Source of the DNA: Eledone cirrhosa
Lineage: Eukaryota
Assembly (NCBI GenBank): GCA_964016885.1
Contig: OZ024743.1
Location: 171,430,001 to 171,494,000, forward strand
Direction of reading: 5' to 3'
DNA length: 64,000 nucleotides
A program made the translations under genes and the position numbers. The first letter of the stretch is position 1. Every line of letters starts with the position of its first letter. Positions 21,475-32,986 of the stretch are shown piece by piece. The notes below the pieces were generated by a model. That model saw only the letters and a list, made by a program, of their open reading frames with translations. It had not been told where the DNA came from and did not search any database.

Positions 21475-24400
21475 ATGACCTCACTCAGAATAGGCAGCAT
21501 AAATGCGCGTGGCTTGGGGGCGTCATGGAAGCAGGGTCACCTGCTCAACGACCTCAGGTCACTAAACATAGATGTAGTGGCCATCAGCGAGACCAGAATC
21601 TCCGAAGCACGGGCCTTCGCACCGATCTTCGGCGGCTTCGATGTGTACGCATCTCCCAGCCGTCCTGGATCCGGTGGAGGAGTTGCTGTGCTTTTTCGGA
21701 GAGGTTTGGATCTCGCCATACGGGCCATCTTCCTGGACCCAGAGGGTAAGCTGGTGGTGCTGGACGTGACCAGCGGAGACGGGCAAGCTTTCAGGCTAGT
21801 GGCCGTCTATGCCCCGACAGGAGCAGGGCGGCCTGATTTCTTCCGGCGTCTGGAGACCTTTCTTGGAACGTCCCGCTCTTTAGTGTTAGTGGGCGACTGG
21901 AACGGGATCTTAGATGCACGCTGGGACTGTGTGGGATTAGCGGATAGGGGTGGAGGGTGCAAGAGCCTCACCAACCTGCTCAGGCGTTTTGAACTGTCTG
22001 ACAGGTACCGATTGGATTTCCCGAATGTGCCAATGTGGACTTGGACAAACCGCATAGGGTCATCCAGATCATATCTAGATAGAGTATTTTGTAGGGAAAT
22101 AGATAGGTCTAGCATAGGCTGTCCACAATTCAAGATAGTCAGCTACACGGACCACAAATTCGTGATCTGTGTGCTTGACTTAGATAGGCTTCATAGACGA
22201 GGACCCGGCTACTGGAAGCTAAACGCGTCCTTACCAGCGCGCAAGGCCTACAGAGACCGGATTAGCGAACTAGTTAAGCGGGCGTTGACGGGGGCCATCG
22301 TCAACAACAAGTGGTGGTTTGCTCTGAAAAGAGCGATTAGAATAGAATCGATTAGGTTTAGTAAGGCTTTAGCAATAGAGAAAAATAGAGCAGAGGGAGA
22401 ACTAGTTAGAAAATTAGACGAGGCGCTTAGCAAAGGCATTGCGACCGACGTGCTTGCGGCGAAATTGGCCCTTGACCAATTCTTCAATGCAAAGCACGAA
22501 GGCTGCGTTGTCAGAGCTAGGGTGCGTGCTCTCAGACACGAGGGGACGAAAGCCGTTCAATGGGCCCGAGTGGCGGAGGCGCGTCGTGGCAACAAAGCCA
22601 CGATCCGGTCTTTGGTGGACCACGACGGGCGCATGCTACTCGATCCCGGGCAAATGTGTGAAGCTTTTCAGCGACACTTCGCTCAGCTGTTCGGGGGCAG
22701 CGGGGGGCCGGGTAGAGGGATGGACTTTAGTGTCTACCTCGACGGACTGCCGCGGCTCTCGGCCACTGAGGCGAAGTGTTGCGAAAAGCCGATAACAGCC
22801 GCTGAAGTACGGGAGGCAATGACTGGCTGCACAAGGGGTAAATCGCCTGGTTTGGATGGTCTGCCCTATGAACTTTACGTACAGATGCCAGACTTGTTCG
22901 GAGGCCTCTTGGCGGACGTCTACTGCAACTGGCAACAGAACGGGAGAATTCCCAGTTCTGTGAGCCGAGGAGCGGTGGCACTGCTGAGAAAGGATCCGAA
23001 CAAGGGGGATAACATAGACAATTTCCGGCCCATAACTCTGCTAAACACAGAGTTTAAGATTTTGGCCAAGGTGCTAGCAAAGAGGTTGGCGCTTGTCGTT
23101 GGTGGTCTGGTGGGAGAGGCGCAGACATGCGCCATTCCCGACAGATCCATCCACGACAACCTCCACCTCATGCGATACATCGTAGAGAGGGTAGCTAGGG
23201 AACCTGGCACGGGTGGGTCCTTGATCAATTTAGATCAGTCGAAAGCTTTCGATAGGGTCGACCATCGTTACCTAGCGGCAGTCCTGAGGGCGGCTGGCTT
23301 TGGGCCCGTCTTCAGAGGCTGGATCGCTGCCATGCACAGCGACATCTGCTCTGTGGTGAGAGTGAACGGTCACCTGTCGGAACCGTTCAACATCATGCGC
23401 TCGGTCCGCCAAGGATGTCCCCTCTCGTCCCTCTTGTACGTATTGACTCTCGAGCCATTACTGCACAAACTGGAGACGTTGAGGGGAGTCCCGCGCGAAC
23501 TAGGATGCGGAAGATCCGTGTCAGCATATGCGGACGATGTCACCGTAGTGGTGTCGAACGCCAAACACATCGAGGCGATCGGCACTACACTAAGAGAATA
23601 CGAAGCGGTGACAGGAGCAATGATCAACCAGGAAAAGTCAGTGGGCCTGCAGCTCGGCACCTGGAGAGGCAGGTCCATGCCGTCCAACAGCGTCGTCGGG
23701 CGCTGGACGGACGGACCGGTTAAATTGCTAGGGGTCTGGTTCGGTCCGGACCTCCAGACGGACAAAAACTGGGACGAGGTGACGAGCAGGGTGGCTTCTC
23801 TCACCCAGAAATGGGCGGAGAGGAAGCTATCCCTGAAAGGTCGAGCGGAGGTGGCTAACGCGTACATCGCGTCTGTCATCTGCTACCGCCTAACCGTCGT
23901 ACCTTGTCCTAAGCCTCGCCTGACTGCGCTGGAGCGTTTGCTCTTTCGCTTTTTGTGGAAGGGACGTGCTCCGATGGTCAGGCGGTCCATCTGTTGTCAA
24001 CACCCGCTACGTGGAGGGCTGGGCATGCCGTGGCTGATGATGCGCAGGCACGCGCTCAGGCTACGACATCTCCACCTCTTCCTCGACGGTGATCAGGTGT
24101 GGTCGCCGTTTGCTAGACGCGTTTTTCCCCAGCTCGTTTCCTTGACGGAGCTGCAGTCCTGGGTCAAGCGAAGACCGAGAGGGAGCGCCTGGAGACTGGA
24201 ATGTCTTCAGGCGCTCACAGCCCTCGACCAATCGGGCAATGTGATCGGTGGAAACTCCACCTCGGCGTTCTATAGAGGATTAGTGGATGGGAAGAGCGAC
24301 GACGTACTTGGGGAAACTCTAGGCGTCGACGAAAATCAACTAGCCAATCTCTTCGGAAGAACTTTCGGGCCGGGGCCTATGGACAACTTCCAGAAATCTC

Positions 24401-24894
24401 TGGCCTGGCAGTGCTACCGAGGAGCCTTGCCAGTTCGGGATAAACTCTACAGGCATGGAGGTGCCGTCAGCCGGGCATGTCCGAGATGCGCGCAGGGCGA
24501 CGAAACCGTCCTGCACGCACTCGTCCAGTGTCCGAAAATTGCTGACTTGTGGGTTTATGTCGAACACCTGCTGTCGCGTTTAGGACGGATCCAGCTATCA
24601 TCTGAGTCTATCGTGAGGATTGCCCCGCCCTCTTCCTTTAGCCGGGAAGGGCAGGCAGTTTTTATCTGTCTGGTGGCCATGGCGAAAGAGATAGTATGGT
24701 GGACACGTTTGAAAGGGCTGAAGACGAGCACTTACCTCTTCGGTGATGCTCTGATTGACTTTTTCAAATTTCATTTGAAAAGGAAAATCAGAGTAGAGAA
24801 GGAAGTGCTCTCTTCCCAGCATTTTGTTGAAAGATGGGTGAGAGAAGCAAGAATGGCCCGAGTGAATGGGCCGACTCTGAGTATATATCTGTAA
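21475..24894 (+). CDS. LINE ORF2: APE endonuclease, reverse transcriptase, C-terminal CCHC zinc motif (Tx1/L1 clade)
   Basis: SINARG, ISET, VYAP, GDWN, YLDR, TDH; GYWKLN; KSPGLDG, RPITLLN, RQGCPLS, YADD; CPRC..ET..H..C. Confidence 0.97.
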   Translation: MTSLRIGSINARGLGASWKQGHLLNDLRSLNIDVVAISETRISEARAFAPIFGGFDVYASPSRPGSGGGVAVLFRRGLDLAIRAIFLDPEGKLVVLDVTSGDGQAFRLVAVYAPTGAGRPDFFRRLETFLGTSRSLVLVGDWNGILDARWDCVGLADRGGGCKSLTNLLRRFELSDRYRLDFPNVPMWTWTNRIGSSRSYLDRVFCREIDRSSIGCPQFKIVSYTDHKFVICVLDLDRLHRRGPGYWKLNASLPARKAYRDRISELVKRALTGAIVNNKWWFALKRAIRIESIRFSKALAIEKNRAEGELVRKLDEALSKGIATDVLAAKLALDQFFNAKHEGCVVRARVRALRHEGTKAVQWARVAEARRGNKATIRSLVDHDGRMLLDPGQMCEAFQRHFAQLFGGSGGPGRGMDFSVYLDGLPRLSATEAKCCEKPITAAEVREAMTGCTRGKSPGLDGLPYELYVQMPDLFGGLLADVYCNWQQNGRIPSSVSRGAVALLRKDPNKGDNIDNFRPITLLNTEFKILAKVLAKRLALVVGGLVGEAQTCAIPDRSIHDNLHLMRYIVERVAREPGTGGSLINLDQSKAFDRVDHRYLAAVLRAAGFGPVFRGWIAAMHSDICSVVRVNGHLSEPFNIMRSVRQGCPLSSLLYVLTLEPLLHKLETLRGVPRELGCGRSVSAYADDVTVVVSNAKHIEAIGTTLREYEAVTGAMINQEKSVGLQLGTWRGRSMPSNSVVGRWTDGPVKLLGVWFGPDLQTDKNWDEVTSRVASLTQKWAERKLSLKGRAEVANAYIASVICYRLTVVPCPKPRLTALERLLFRFLWKGRAPMVRRSICCQHPLRGGLGMPWLMMRRHALRLRHLHLFLDGDQVWSPFARRVFPQLVSLTELQSWVKRRPRGSAWRLECLQALTALDQSGNVIGGNSTSAFYRGLVDGKSDDVLGETLGVDENQLANLFGRTFGPGPMDNFQKSLAWQCYRGALPVRDKLYRHGGAVSRACPRCAQGDETVLHALVQCPKIADLWVYVEHLLSRLGRIQLSSESIVRIAPPSSFSREGQAVFICLVAMAKEIVWWTRLKGLKTSTYLFGDALIDFFKFHLKRKIRVEKEVLSSQHFVERWVREARMARVNGPTLSIYL

Positions 24895-25155
24895 ACTAAA
24901 GGTGGAAAACTGGGAGAGGGCACTTGCCTTGGTGGTCAGGGTCATTGTGGCTTTTTACTGGGCTTTCTCCACAAATGTCCCTCCGAAGTCTCCCCCCTAT
25001 TGGGGAATTTTTCATTGTTATTTTCATTGTTATTTTTGTTACATCCTCTGTTTTTGTTTTTTTTACACGCAGAAATGCCCATTTGTACCGTCCTGCATTG
25101 TCCTGCACTGTCCTTAATGTCTACTTTATGTAAACCCTTGTGGTTAATAAAGAAA

Positions 25156-25208
<53 letters not shown>

Positions 25209-25209
25209 G

Positions 25210-26518
25210 TTCTTTGAGTCTCAGTCATTGATGTTACTTAACTGGAAAGTTTGTTGAAATGAATATCAAGCTGCTACCTGCAGCCTCAGAAATTCAGGAC
25301 GTTTCGGAGTGTTCTTGCTGTTCCCAGCAAGCATGCCTTTTGAAGTGTTCCAAAAAGCGGGGCTGGACTAATCTTCTTTAACCATCCCTGGAAACTCCTT
25401 GATATAGTACCTAGTGCGCCTATGACTTCATGGCAGTTCCAAATCCTTTTTACCCCCCACTTTAATTCTTGGTATCGGCTAATTTTCTCCCTCTCCTTCT
25501 CTTGCACTCTCGTGGCGAATGGGCAGGTCCATCCACAATCAGGCACAATCTTTTTTCCTTGTCCAAAACCGCCAGGTCAGGTCTATTGCTGTAGCACGAC
25601 TTGAAGGTCTATCAGTTTCTTGTCCGTCTGTATCCTAAAATCCCAGAGCACCTTAACCTGATCGTTTTCTATCACCGACTCTGGCTTATGCTCATACCAC
25701 TTCTTAGTTTTTGTTAAATTGTTTACTTTGCATAGGTGCCAGTGGATCACCCTGCCAATCACTTCATGTCTCCAGCCTTTATAGTGAGTCTGGGCTAGGT
25801 GTTTATACTCGGATACAATGTGAGCCACAGTCTCCTCTCTCTCTCTCCACAGATCCTGCACAGTGGGCTAGCCTCCTCCTTGTAAATATGGTGTTTCAGC
25901 CACTTCGTTTTGAGGGCCTGCTCTTGCGCAGCCATTAGCATTCCTTCTGTAGCCTTTTTAAGGTCTCCTCTTTTCAACCAGTTCCATGTCTGTGGATCTC
26001 TGAATTCCGTTTTCTCAAAGAAGGTACTATGAAGGGATTTTTCATGAAGGCTGCTCTTTCTCCTTCTTGTTATTTCCTCTTGGACATCCCCTGGTCTATT
26101 GTCCTCTCCTTCAGTACAATTCTGAGCATTGGCTCCTTACTATCAGTCACGTATTTGTGTAGGTTGTTTTTCTCCATCTGAACACAGTCCTCTATGCTGA
26201 TAAGACCTCTTCCACCTTCAGATCTCCTTAAGTAGAGTCTATCGACATCACTCCTCTTGTGGAACATGTTGGTGATAGTCAATCGCTTCCTAGTCTTCCT
26301 ATCCATTTCTTTTTGTTCAGCAACATTCCATCTCAGAATTCCCGCACTGTACCTAATAATAGACGTAGCTCGGGAATTTACTGCACTTATGGCAATCCTA
26401 CTGTTCAAATGTGACCTTAATACGCTCCTTACTCTCCGAATGTATTCAGATCTTATCAATTCCTTCTTTTTTTTGTTCTTGATGTCATCAGCCTCCAGAA
26501 CACCCAAATACTTGTATC
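25210..26518 (-). mobile_element. R4/Dong-clade LINE, 5'-truncated and decayed (same family as 7177-7660)
   Basis: YKYLGV..,SDVDRLYL.R.EGGRGL, AAQEQAL, CRICGE..ETVAHI, LWDFRIQTD, IGALG, LQKACLLGT. Confidence 0.88.
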
Positions 26519-26519
26519 C

Positions 26520-26646
26520 TTCTTTTCTTTTTTCTTTTCTTATATAAATAATAAAAATATTTACACGCACAAAACCCACATCGTACTGTCCTGTTCCGTC
26601 TGTGAAGTTTTTCTTGATGTCAGCCCTTGTGGCCAATAAAGAAATC
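26520..26646 (+). mobile_element. 3' UTR fragment of a related Tx1-type LINE
   Basis: TTTACACGCA...CCCTTGTGGCCAATAAAGAAATCATTATT resembles the 3' end of copies A-D. Confidence 0.7.
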
Positions 26647-26672
26647 ATTATTATTATTATTATTATTATTAT

Positions 26673-29600
26673 AGTTGCATTTATCTTGCTTTATGTGCAT
26701 ACGAGTTATCACCAAGTCACAACCAGTGACCTCAAGAGACAACAAGGTCCGCCATGTTCAAGAAAGAACATACATACTCACACATGCATCTTTATTGTTT
26801 AGACTTGTGATATACTTATATTGACAGAAACATCCTTAGTATATGGGCAGTTCCCATTAGTACTATCTTTGTATTTCTCCTATACGCGGGTTTCCTGTGA
26901 TTTGCGATAAGTAATCATTAGACCCCTTAGGTATCATTCCCAGAGCGCCTACAACCACTGGTATTGTTTTAGTTCTCAATTTCCACATTTTTCCAATTTC
27001 TATCTCAAGGTCCTTATACTTGCTCAATTTTTCAAATGTTTTTATAGATACATTCTTGTCTATTGGAACGGACATATCAATTAGCAGGCATACCATCTTT
27101 TTAAAGTCCTTCAATATTATATCAGGTCTATTTGCATCTGTTTTTCGGTCTGTTTGGATGCTAAAGTTCCACGAGATTGAGATGTGAACTTTATCAAGTA
27201 TGGAAGGTGGTTGATGCTCCCACCAATTCTTTTGATGGGGCAGGTCAAAATGCTTACACATTATCCAATGTATGTATTGTGCAGCTCTGTCATGCTTGTT
27301 TAGGTATTCGGTTGGAGCTATAGGACTGTACATTGAAATTATATGGTCAACGGTCTCTGGTTGTTTTTTGCATACACGGCATAATGGGCTGCATCCATTT
27401 TTATTATGTTGGCTTGGTAATTTTTTGTTGGCAGACACTGATCTTGTGCTGATATAATCAGTCCTTCAGTCTCCGATTTCAGTCCAGAGGATGCCAACCA
27501 CTGATGGGTTAAAGTTTTGTCAACATCAGGATTGTTAGCTCGTTCTGGGTATTTTCCATATAGATGCTTTTCTTGCTATTTCTTAGCCGTTTTCTGTAGC
27601 AGTTCTTTCTTTGCAGTTACCTTTACCTGCTTTGCTTTTTCTTTTTTTTCCATTTCAGCGGTAAATGGGACTTCTGAAATGTGTAGTCCATTACTGTATC
27701 TTTGTGCATCTTTTGTAATGGAGTATGATCTTTTGATGCTTTCGTGTTTCAAAACGAGTTTGATCATCCAATCATGTGATTCCCTTAGATATGTAGATAA
27801 TCCAATTGTTGCAGTTTTCAACGCAATGTCTAACTGGATTAACCCACGTCCTCCTTCTTTCCTAGGGAGATATATTATATCTGTATCTGCCTTAGGGTGA
27901 TGCATTCTGTGCATGGTTAAGAATTTTCGAATTTTTGTATCGAGCCTACGGATCTCTGTGCTTGACCAGTTGATGACATTGTAACTGTAGGTTACTACTG
28001 GTATGGCAAGCGTGTTTATGGCATCGATCCTATTCCTTGCATTCAATTCCGTTCTTAAGATTGCTCTGACTCTGCGGTAACATTCCTTCCTTATCCTTTC
28101 CCTCATTGTCAAATGCTTGATTCCGTCTCCTTCACAAACACCTAGATATTTGTAAGTTTTTTCTTGATCAAGTTCTCTTATCACATTCCCCCGAACTCTT
28201 ATCACATTCCCCCTGAACTCTTCAGCAGCTTTCCTCTGGTGAACGTTGCTTTGGCGCATTTATCTAGTCCAAACTCCATTTTAATGTCATCACTGAACTG
28301 CTCCACAGTGGATAATAGCCCTTACAATTGTTCATCATTTTTTGCAAATAGTTTCAGGTCATCCATGTAGAACAAGTGATTAATGGTTTTGTCATAGACT
28401 TTATATCTATGTTTTGTTTCATTGAGCATTTTACTTAATGGTATAAGTGCGATGCAGAATAAAAGCGGTGATAAAGAGTCACCCTGAAAAATTCCACAAT
28501 CAATATTAAGTTCTCCAGCTTCCAGTGATTTTGTTTCACTATTCAAAAGGAGTGTCGTTTTCCATGTCTTCATACTGAATGACAAAAACCTCCTGACAAC
28601 GGGGGATATTTTGAAAAATCTCTAAACATTTTTCAATCCAACTGTGTGGCAAACTATCGAATGATTTTTTATAATCTATCCAAGCAATTGATAGATTTTT
28701 GTGTCTATTATGACAATCTTCCAGTATCATTTTGTTAACCAAAAGCTGATCGTTACAGCCATATGAGCCTCGTTTACACCCTTTCTGCTCAATGGGAAAT
28801 AGGTCATTTGTCATCAGGTGGTCATATGTATATTCAGTTAGGACTGATGTTATAATTTTATACATTGTGGTCAAGCAAGTTATCGGTCTGTAATTTTTGG
28901 GATTGTTTGTCTCATCATTCTTCGGAAGCAGGAATGTAATGCCGTTAACTAGCCATGATGGTATCTTTTCTGGCTCCTTAACTATTTCATTGTAAAGTTG
29001 GGCTAACAGCTCATGAGACTCTGTGAAGGCATTTATCCAAAAACTTTGTATTTTGTCTTTTCCTGGGGATTTCCATTTGCTGGTTTTTCTTAGAGCCAAG
29101 CGCAACTGTTCAACTGTTATATTTTCCCATACTTGTTCTTCAAGGTGAGCTGTATCTTTCATTTGTCTGGCTATCCATGGGGCATGTATATTATGAACTT
29201 TTTCTTCGGCCCAGATCTTTTCCCAGAATTCTTGCACTTCCTCCTTGGGTGGTATTGATTTAGAAGTTATTGTTGACTTACCAATTTTTCTGTAGAAGTT
29301 TCTTTGGTTGTTTTTGAACATATTATTCTCCTTATAGAATCTAGATCGTTTTTCAAAGCGCCTTATACGAGCAGCTTTGGCCGACACTTTTTGCTTGATT
29401 ATTTCTATCAGCATGTCTATGTCACTTGTTGATTTTATACTGTATTTTCTTTTCAATTTTCTAAGTTTAGTTTGTTTAACTTGTTCACCTACTTTATAGT
29501 TTGTTAAAATTTCTATGTCAGATCGGAGAAGGTTTATTTGGCGATTGATGTTCTCTTGCCAAGTAGATTTCTTGTGGGAATTCCTTTGTTTTTTCATCTT

Positions 29601-29980
29601 CACTCCACATAAGTGAGTGGTGACTTTAGCCGATGCATAATAGAGATGATTTAAATCAGTAATGTTTAGTTTGTTTGTGATGATAATGTTTTTGAGAATT
29701 ATGTTAGTCTTGTGTATTATCTTTTGGTTCTGTTTGGAGTTCTGGATCTTAGGGAGGGTGTCTCGTTGCCCCATGTCAGATTCTTTCATTTTCATCCATT
29801 CGATCATAATTTCATCCTTCAAGTTGGCAAGTTCATTCTCATTCATTTCTTTATCATTTACGATCTCATTATTTTCATTTGGAGTTTCATCTTGAGCATG
29901 CACTCCCTCCACTTTTTCGATACTTTCTTTAATTTGTTCTGTTGCCAGTGATTCCGCCCCAACCCTGGGATTCGAAGTGT
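26673..29980 (-). mobile_element. R4/Dong-clade LINE (second family), RT plus RLE, frameshifted
   Basis: ORF pieces 28539-29912, 28322-28585, 27576-28259, 26863-27438: WKSPG, YRPITCL, IDYKK, IFQGDSLSP, YMDDLK, CRVC..ETVDHI, RPDI..IDM..EK..KY..PVVVGALG. Confidence 0.93.
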
Positions 29981-30067
29981 TACAATTTACCTCGTTTTCA
30001 CTGTTACAATTTACCTCGTTTTCACTATTATTATTATTATTATTATTATTAATATTATTACTATATA

Positions 30068-30112
30068 TGCACTGGGTAATTGCTGGTCTTGTCCCAAAAT
30101 TAGAAACAATTA
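30068..30112 (+). mobile_element. SINE 3' tail fragment
   Basis: CACTGGGTAATTGCTGGTCTTGTCCCAAAATTAGAAACAATT matches the SINE 3' end. Confidence 0.7.
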
Positions 30113-30124
30113 TATATATATAAA

Positions 30125-32700
30125 ACCCTAATATTCCATGAGGCAGATAAAGGGAGGGCAGTAGTCCTTATGGGGACATATTACTACACGACTCTAGTAC
30201 TCTCAACTCTAGAAAACCAAACATATTATGAAAAGGCCCAACACTACACACAGCAGAAAATAATGAGAAACCTAAAATCCCTAACAACCCTTTACAAAGA
30301 AGGTCTTACAGACAAGGAATACAACTACATCACCAATTTCAAAAGCAAAACCAGCCTCTTCTGCGGTATCTCAAAGACACATAAAGGCGAAGTTAGGGCC
30401 TGCAAGCAAGCCACAGACATTTACATAAATATAGCCCCTCCTGATGACCTTAAAGTAAGACCCATAATAGCAGGTACCACACGTGAAACCCTTCCGCCTA
30501 AGCAACTTCCTAGATATTCTGCTTAAACCTTTCCTAAAACACATAAAAAGCTTCATAAGGGGCGACCTTGACATGCTCAACCACATCCCAACAACACTCA
30601 ATAATGAACAGTAATCTTTGATGCCATCAATTTATATTCCAATATCCCACACAACCTAGGGATAGAGGCAATACAATTCTGGCTTGAACATTTCTCTAGT
30701 GAACTCTCACAGCGTATCCCTAAAGAATTTGTGTTGGAGGGACTGAAATTCATCTTGGAAAACAATTTTTTTGAATTCAATGCCAAATACTACAGGCAGA
30801 AATCTGGGACTGCCATGAGCACGAAAGTAGCCCCCTCATACGCCAACGTTGTCATGGGATATTTGGAAACCACTCTCTACCGCAAAGTTCTAGACAAATA
30901 CGGTAACCACTTCTACCAACACATAGAAAAGAACTGGAAGAGATATCTGGCATGAAGAACTGGAAGAGATATCTGGCATGAAAATATAGATAGACTAATT
31001 GAGTTTAAAACCCTTCTAAATGGATTCAACACAAACTTACAATTCGCAATGGATTAAAGCCATCAACAACTCCCTTTCCTCAACATCATCATTAAGAAAA
31101 CAAACAACAAAATAGAAACAGACATATACTACAAACCCACAGACTCCAAACAATACCTTCCATTCAACTCGTGCCACCCTCGACATACCAAAATGGCAGT
31201 TCCTTATAACCTAGCCAGAAGGATCTGCACAATAGTTTCAGATAAATACACATGCTGTATCACGACTTGAAGAATTAAAAAACACACTTATCAGCAGAAA
31301 CTACCCACCATCCCTAATCAACAATAGATTCCAACGTGCCCTAAAACTCCCACATCCAGGAACTCAGACACCCCAAACCCAGGAATGAACCGCAACAGAA
31401 AACTCTACCATACATCTCCACATACAACCCCCTCGACACCATCCCCCAGAACATTCCTTTACTAAAAAGAGACCCAAGATTGAACAAAATCCTCCAAAGA
31501 CACAACATCATAAAGAGCAAAAGACAACATAAATCCATAAAAAACATCCTCACACAAGCCAAAATCCAACAAACCTTCACAATGAACCCTACAGTAACAA
31601 AATACGGAAGGCCCAACTGTGGCATATGCATAAATATAATAGAAGATTCAACATTCCATTTTAAACAAGGACAAGATCTCAGTTAAACACAACTTTACAT
31701 GTGCATCTGAAAATCTAATCTATATTTTGACCTGCTCAGGTTGTCACGATCACTACATAGGACAGACAAAAAAAACAGCCTCCGACAACGTATGACCGTC
31801 CATAATTCACAAATCAAAATACAGGAACGCAGAGAGAGTGCTTTTAGTGAACATATCGCCAATTGTGCACCCAGCCAACATCCAAACTTTTATATTTTCC
31901 CCATTTACAAATTCTTAGACAACGCTACTTTCAGCCATCGTACCAATAAGGAAAACAAATTCCAACCTCTACTTAATGCACTAAACTTCGGACTAAACCA
32001 AAACTGGAACGAACAATGAAACATTTACAAATACCTATGTCTCTCTAAAGAGTTACCTCCCACTACACCCTACCTAATCCTTTTTCTTAAATAAATTAAA
32101 TACCATCCACCATTTCTCTCCCACCCTGAATTACCTCCTCCTGCCTATTAACTCTCTAAAAAGGGAAATCATATCAAACCCCAGTCCACCATTTGCCTCC
32201 ATCATGGATCAACTAAGCACTCTTGCTATAATGACACATTTGCTTATCTTCAAGAACTATGCCTGTAAATAACATTATTTTTTCTTTCACATTGCCTTAT
32301 TATGCTCCACATTACCCCTCTTTTTTCTTTTTTCTTTTCAATTCATAAACCTTGTTTGTAAGTAACATTATTCTTTCTGCACCATTTCTTTAACATGTCC
32401 AACACCACCATTCTACACCAATACATATTATTATCATTTGATAATGCATAAAAATGCTGAAACCGGTAATAGACAATTATTAAATATATAAATAAGTAAA
32501 TAAATGCCATTGTTAATTAATAAATAAATCACCTAATACCTTAACACTTCACACAACGAAAAATATTTCGTTTTAAACTTTTTCTAACCCAGAAAAAAGA
32601 GAGAAAAAAAATAAAAAGGAAAAAAAAAATTGTCTTCTTAATAATCGTCTTTTTCTCCCTGTTTTCATATATATATATATATATAAAGATAGATAGATAC
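30125..32700 (+). mobile_element. Decayed Neptune-type PLE, 5'-truncated, with pseudo-LTR
   Basis: Fragments homologous to ORF 1720..3999 (ADKG, RPIIAG, GTAMSTKVAP, NWKRYL, KSKRQ, GRPNCGIC, EHIANC); degenerate HHR at ~32438-32472. Boundaries approximate. Confidence 0.88.
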
Positions 32701-32986
32701 CAAAAAAAAATAAAAACCTTTGCACGAAAACAGCTATCCGAGTATCGACTCAATAATATAATTATTATAAGTAGGTCTCCGATGCTAGTATTCCAGACTA
32801 GTCAAGTTCCTTCATTTTATAGTAAAAGGAGTAATGTGTTTTATGTTGACAAGATGGAATTACCTCATTTTTTGCATTTAATAATTTTAAGTTGGAGATC
32901 AGTATTTCAAACAACCTCATAAAACACCAGGTGGTAGATGACAACGTCGTCCTTTTGTTCCAGTGGTGGCTGAGAGAAAACAATCG

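Larger units (their letters stand above)
19124..25157 (+). mobile_element. Tx1/L1-clade LINE copy D, full length with both ORFs intact
   Basis: 5' UTR, ORF1, 35-nt spacer, ORF2, 3' UTR with AATAAA, (TTA)n tail. Confidence 0.96.

Noticed and set aside
21525-24945. Overlapping and antisense ORFs repeated across the Tx1 copies
   Set aside because: Shadows of a GC-rich ORF2, repeated only because the copies are near-identical; no recognisable motifs.
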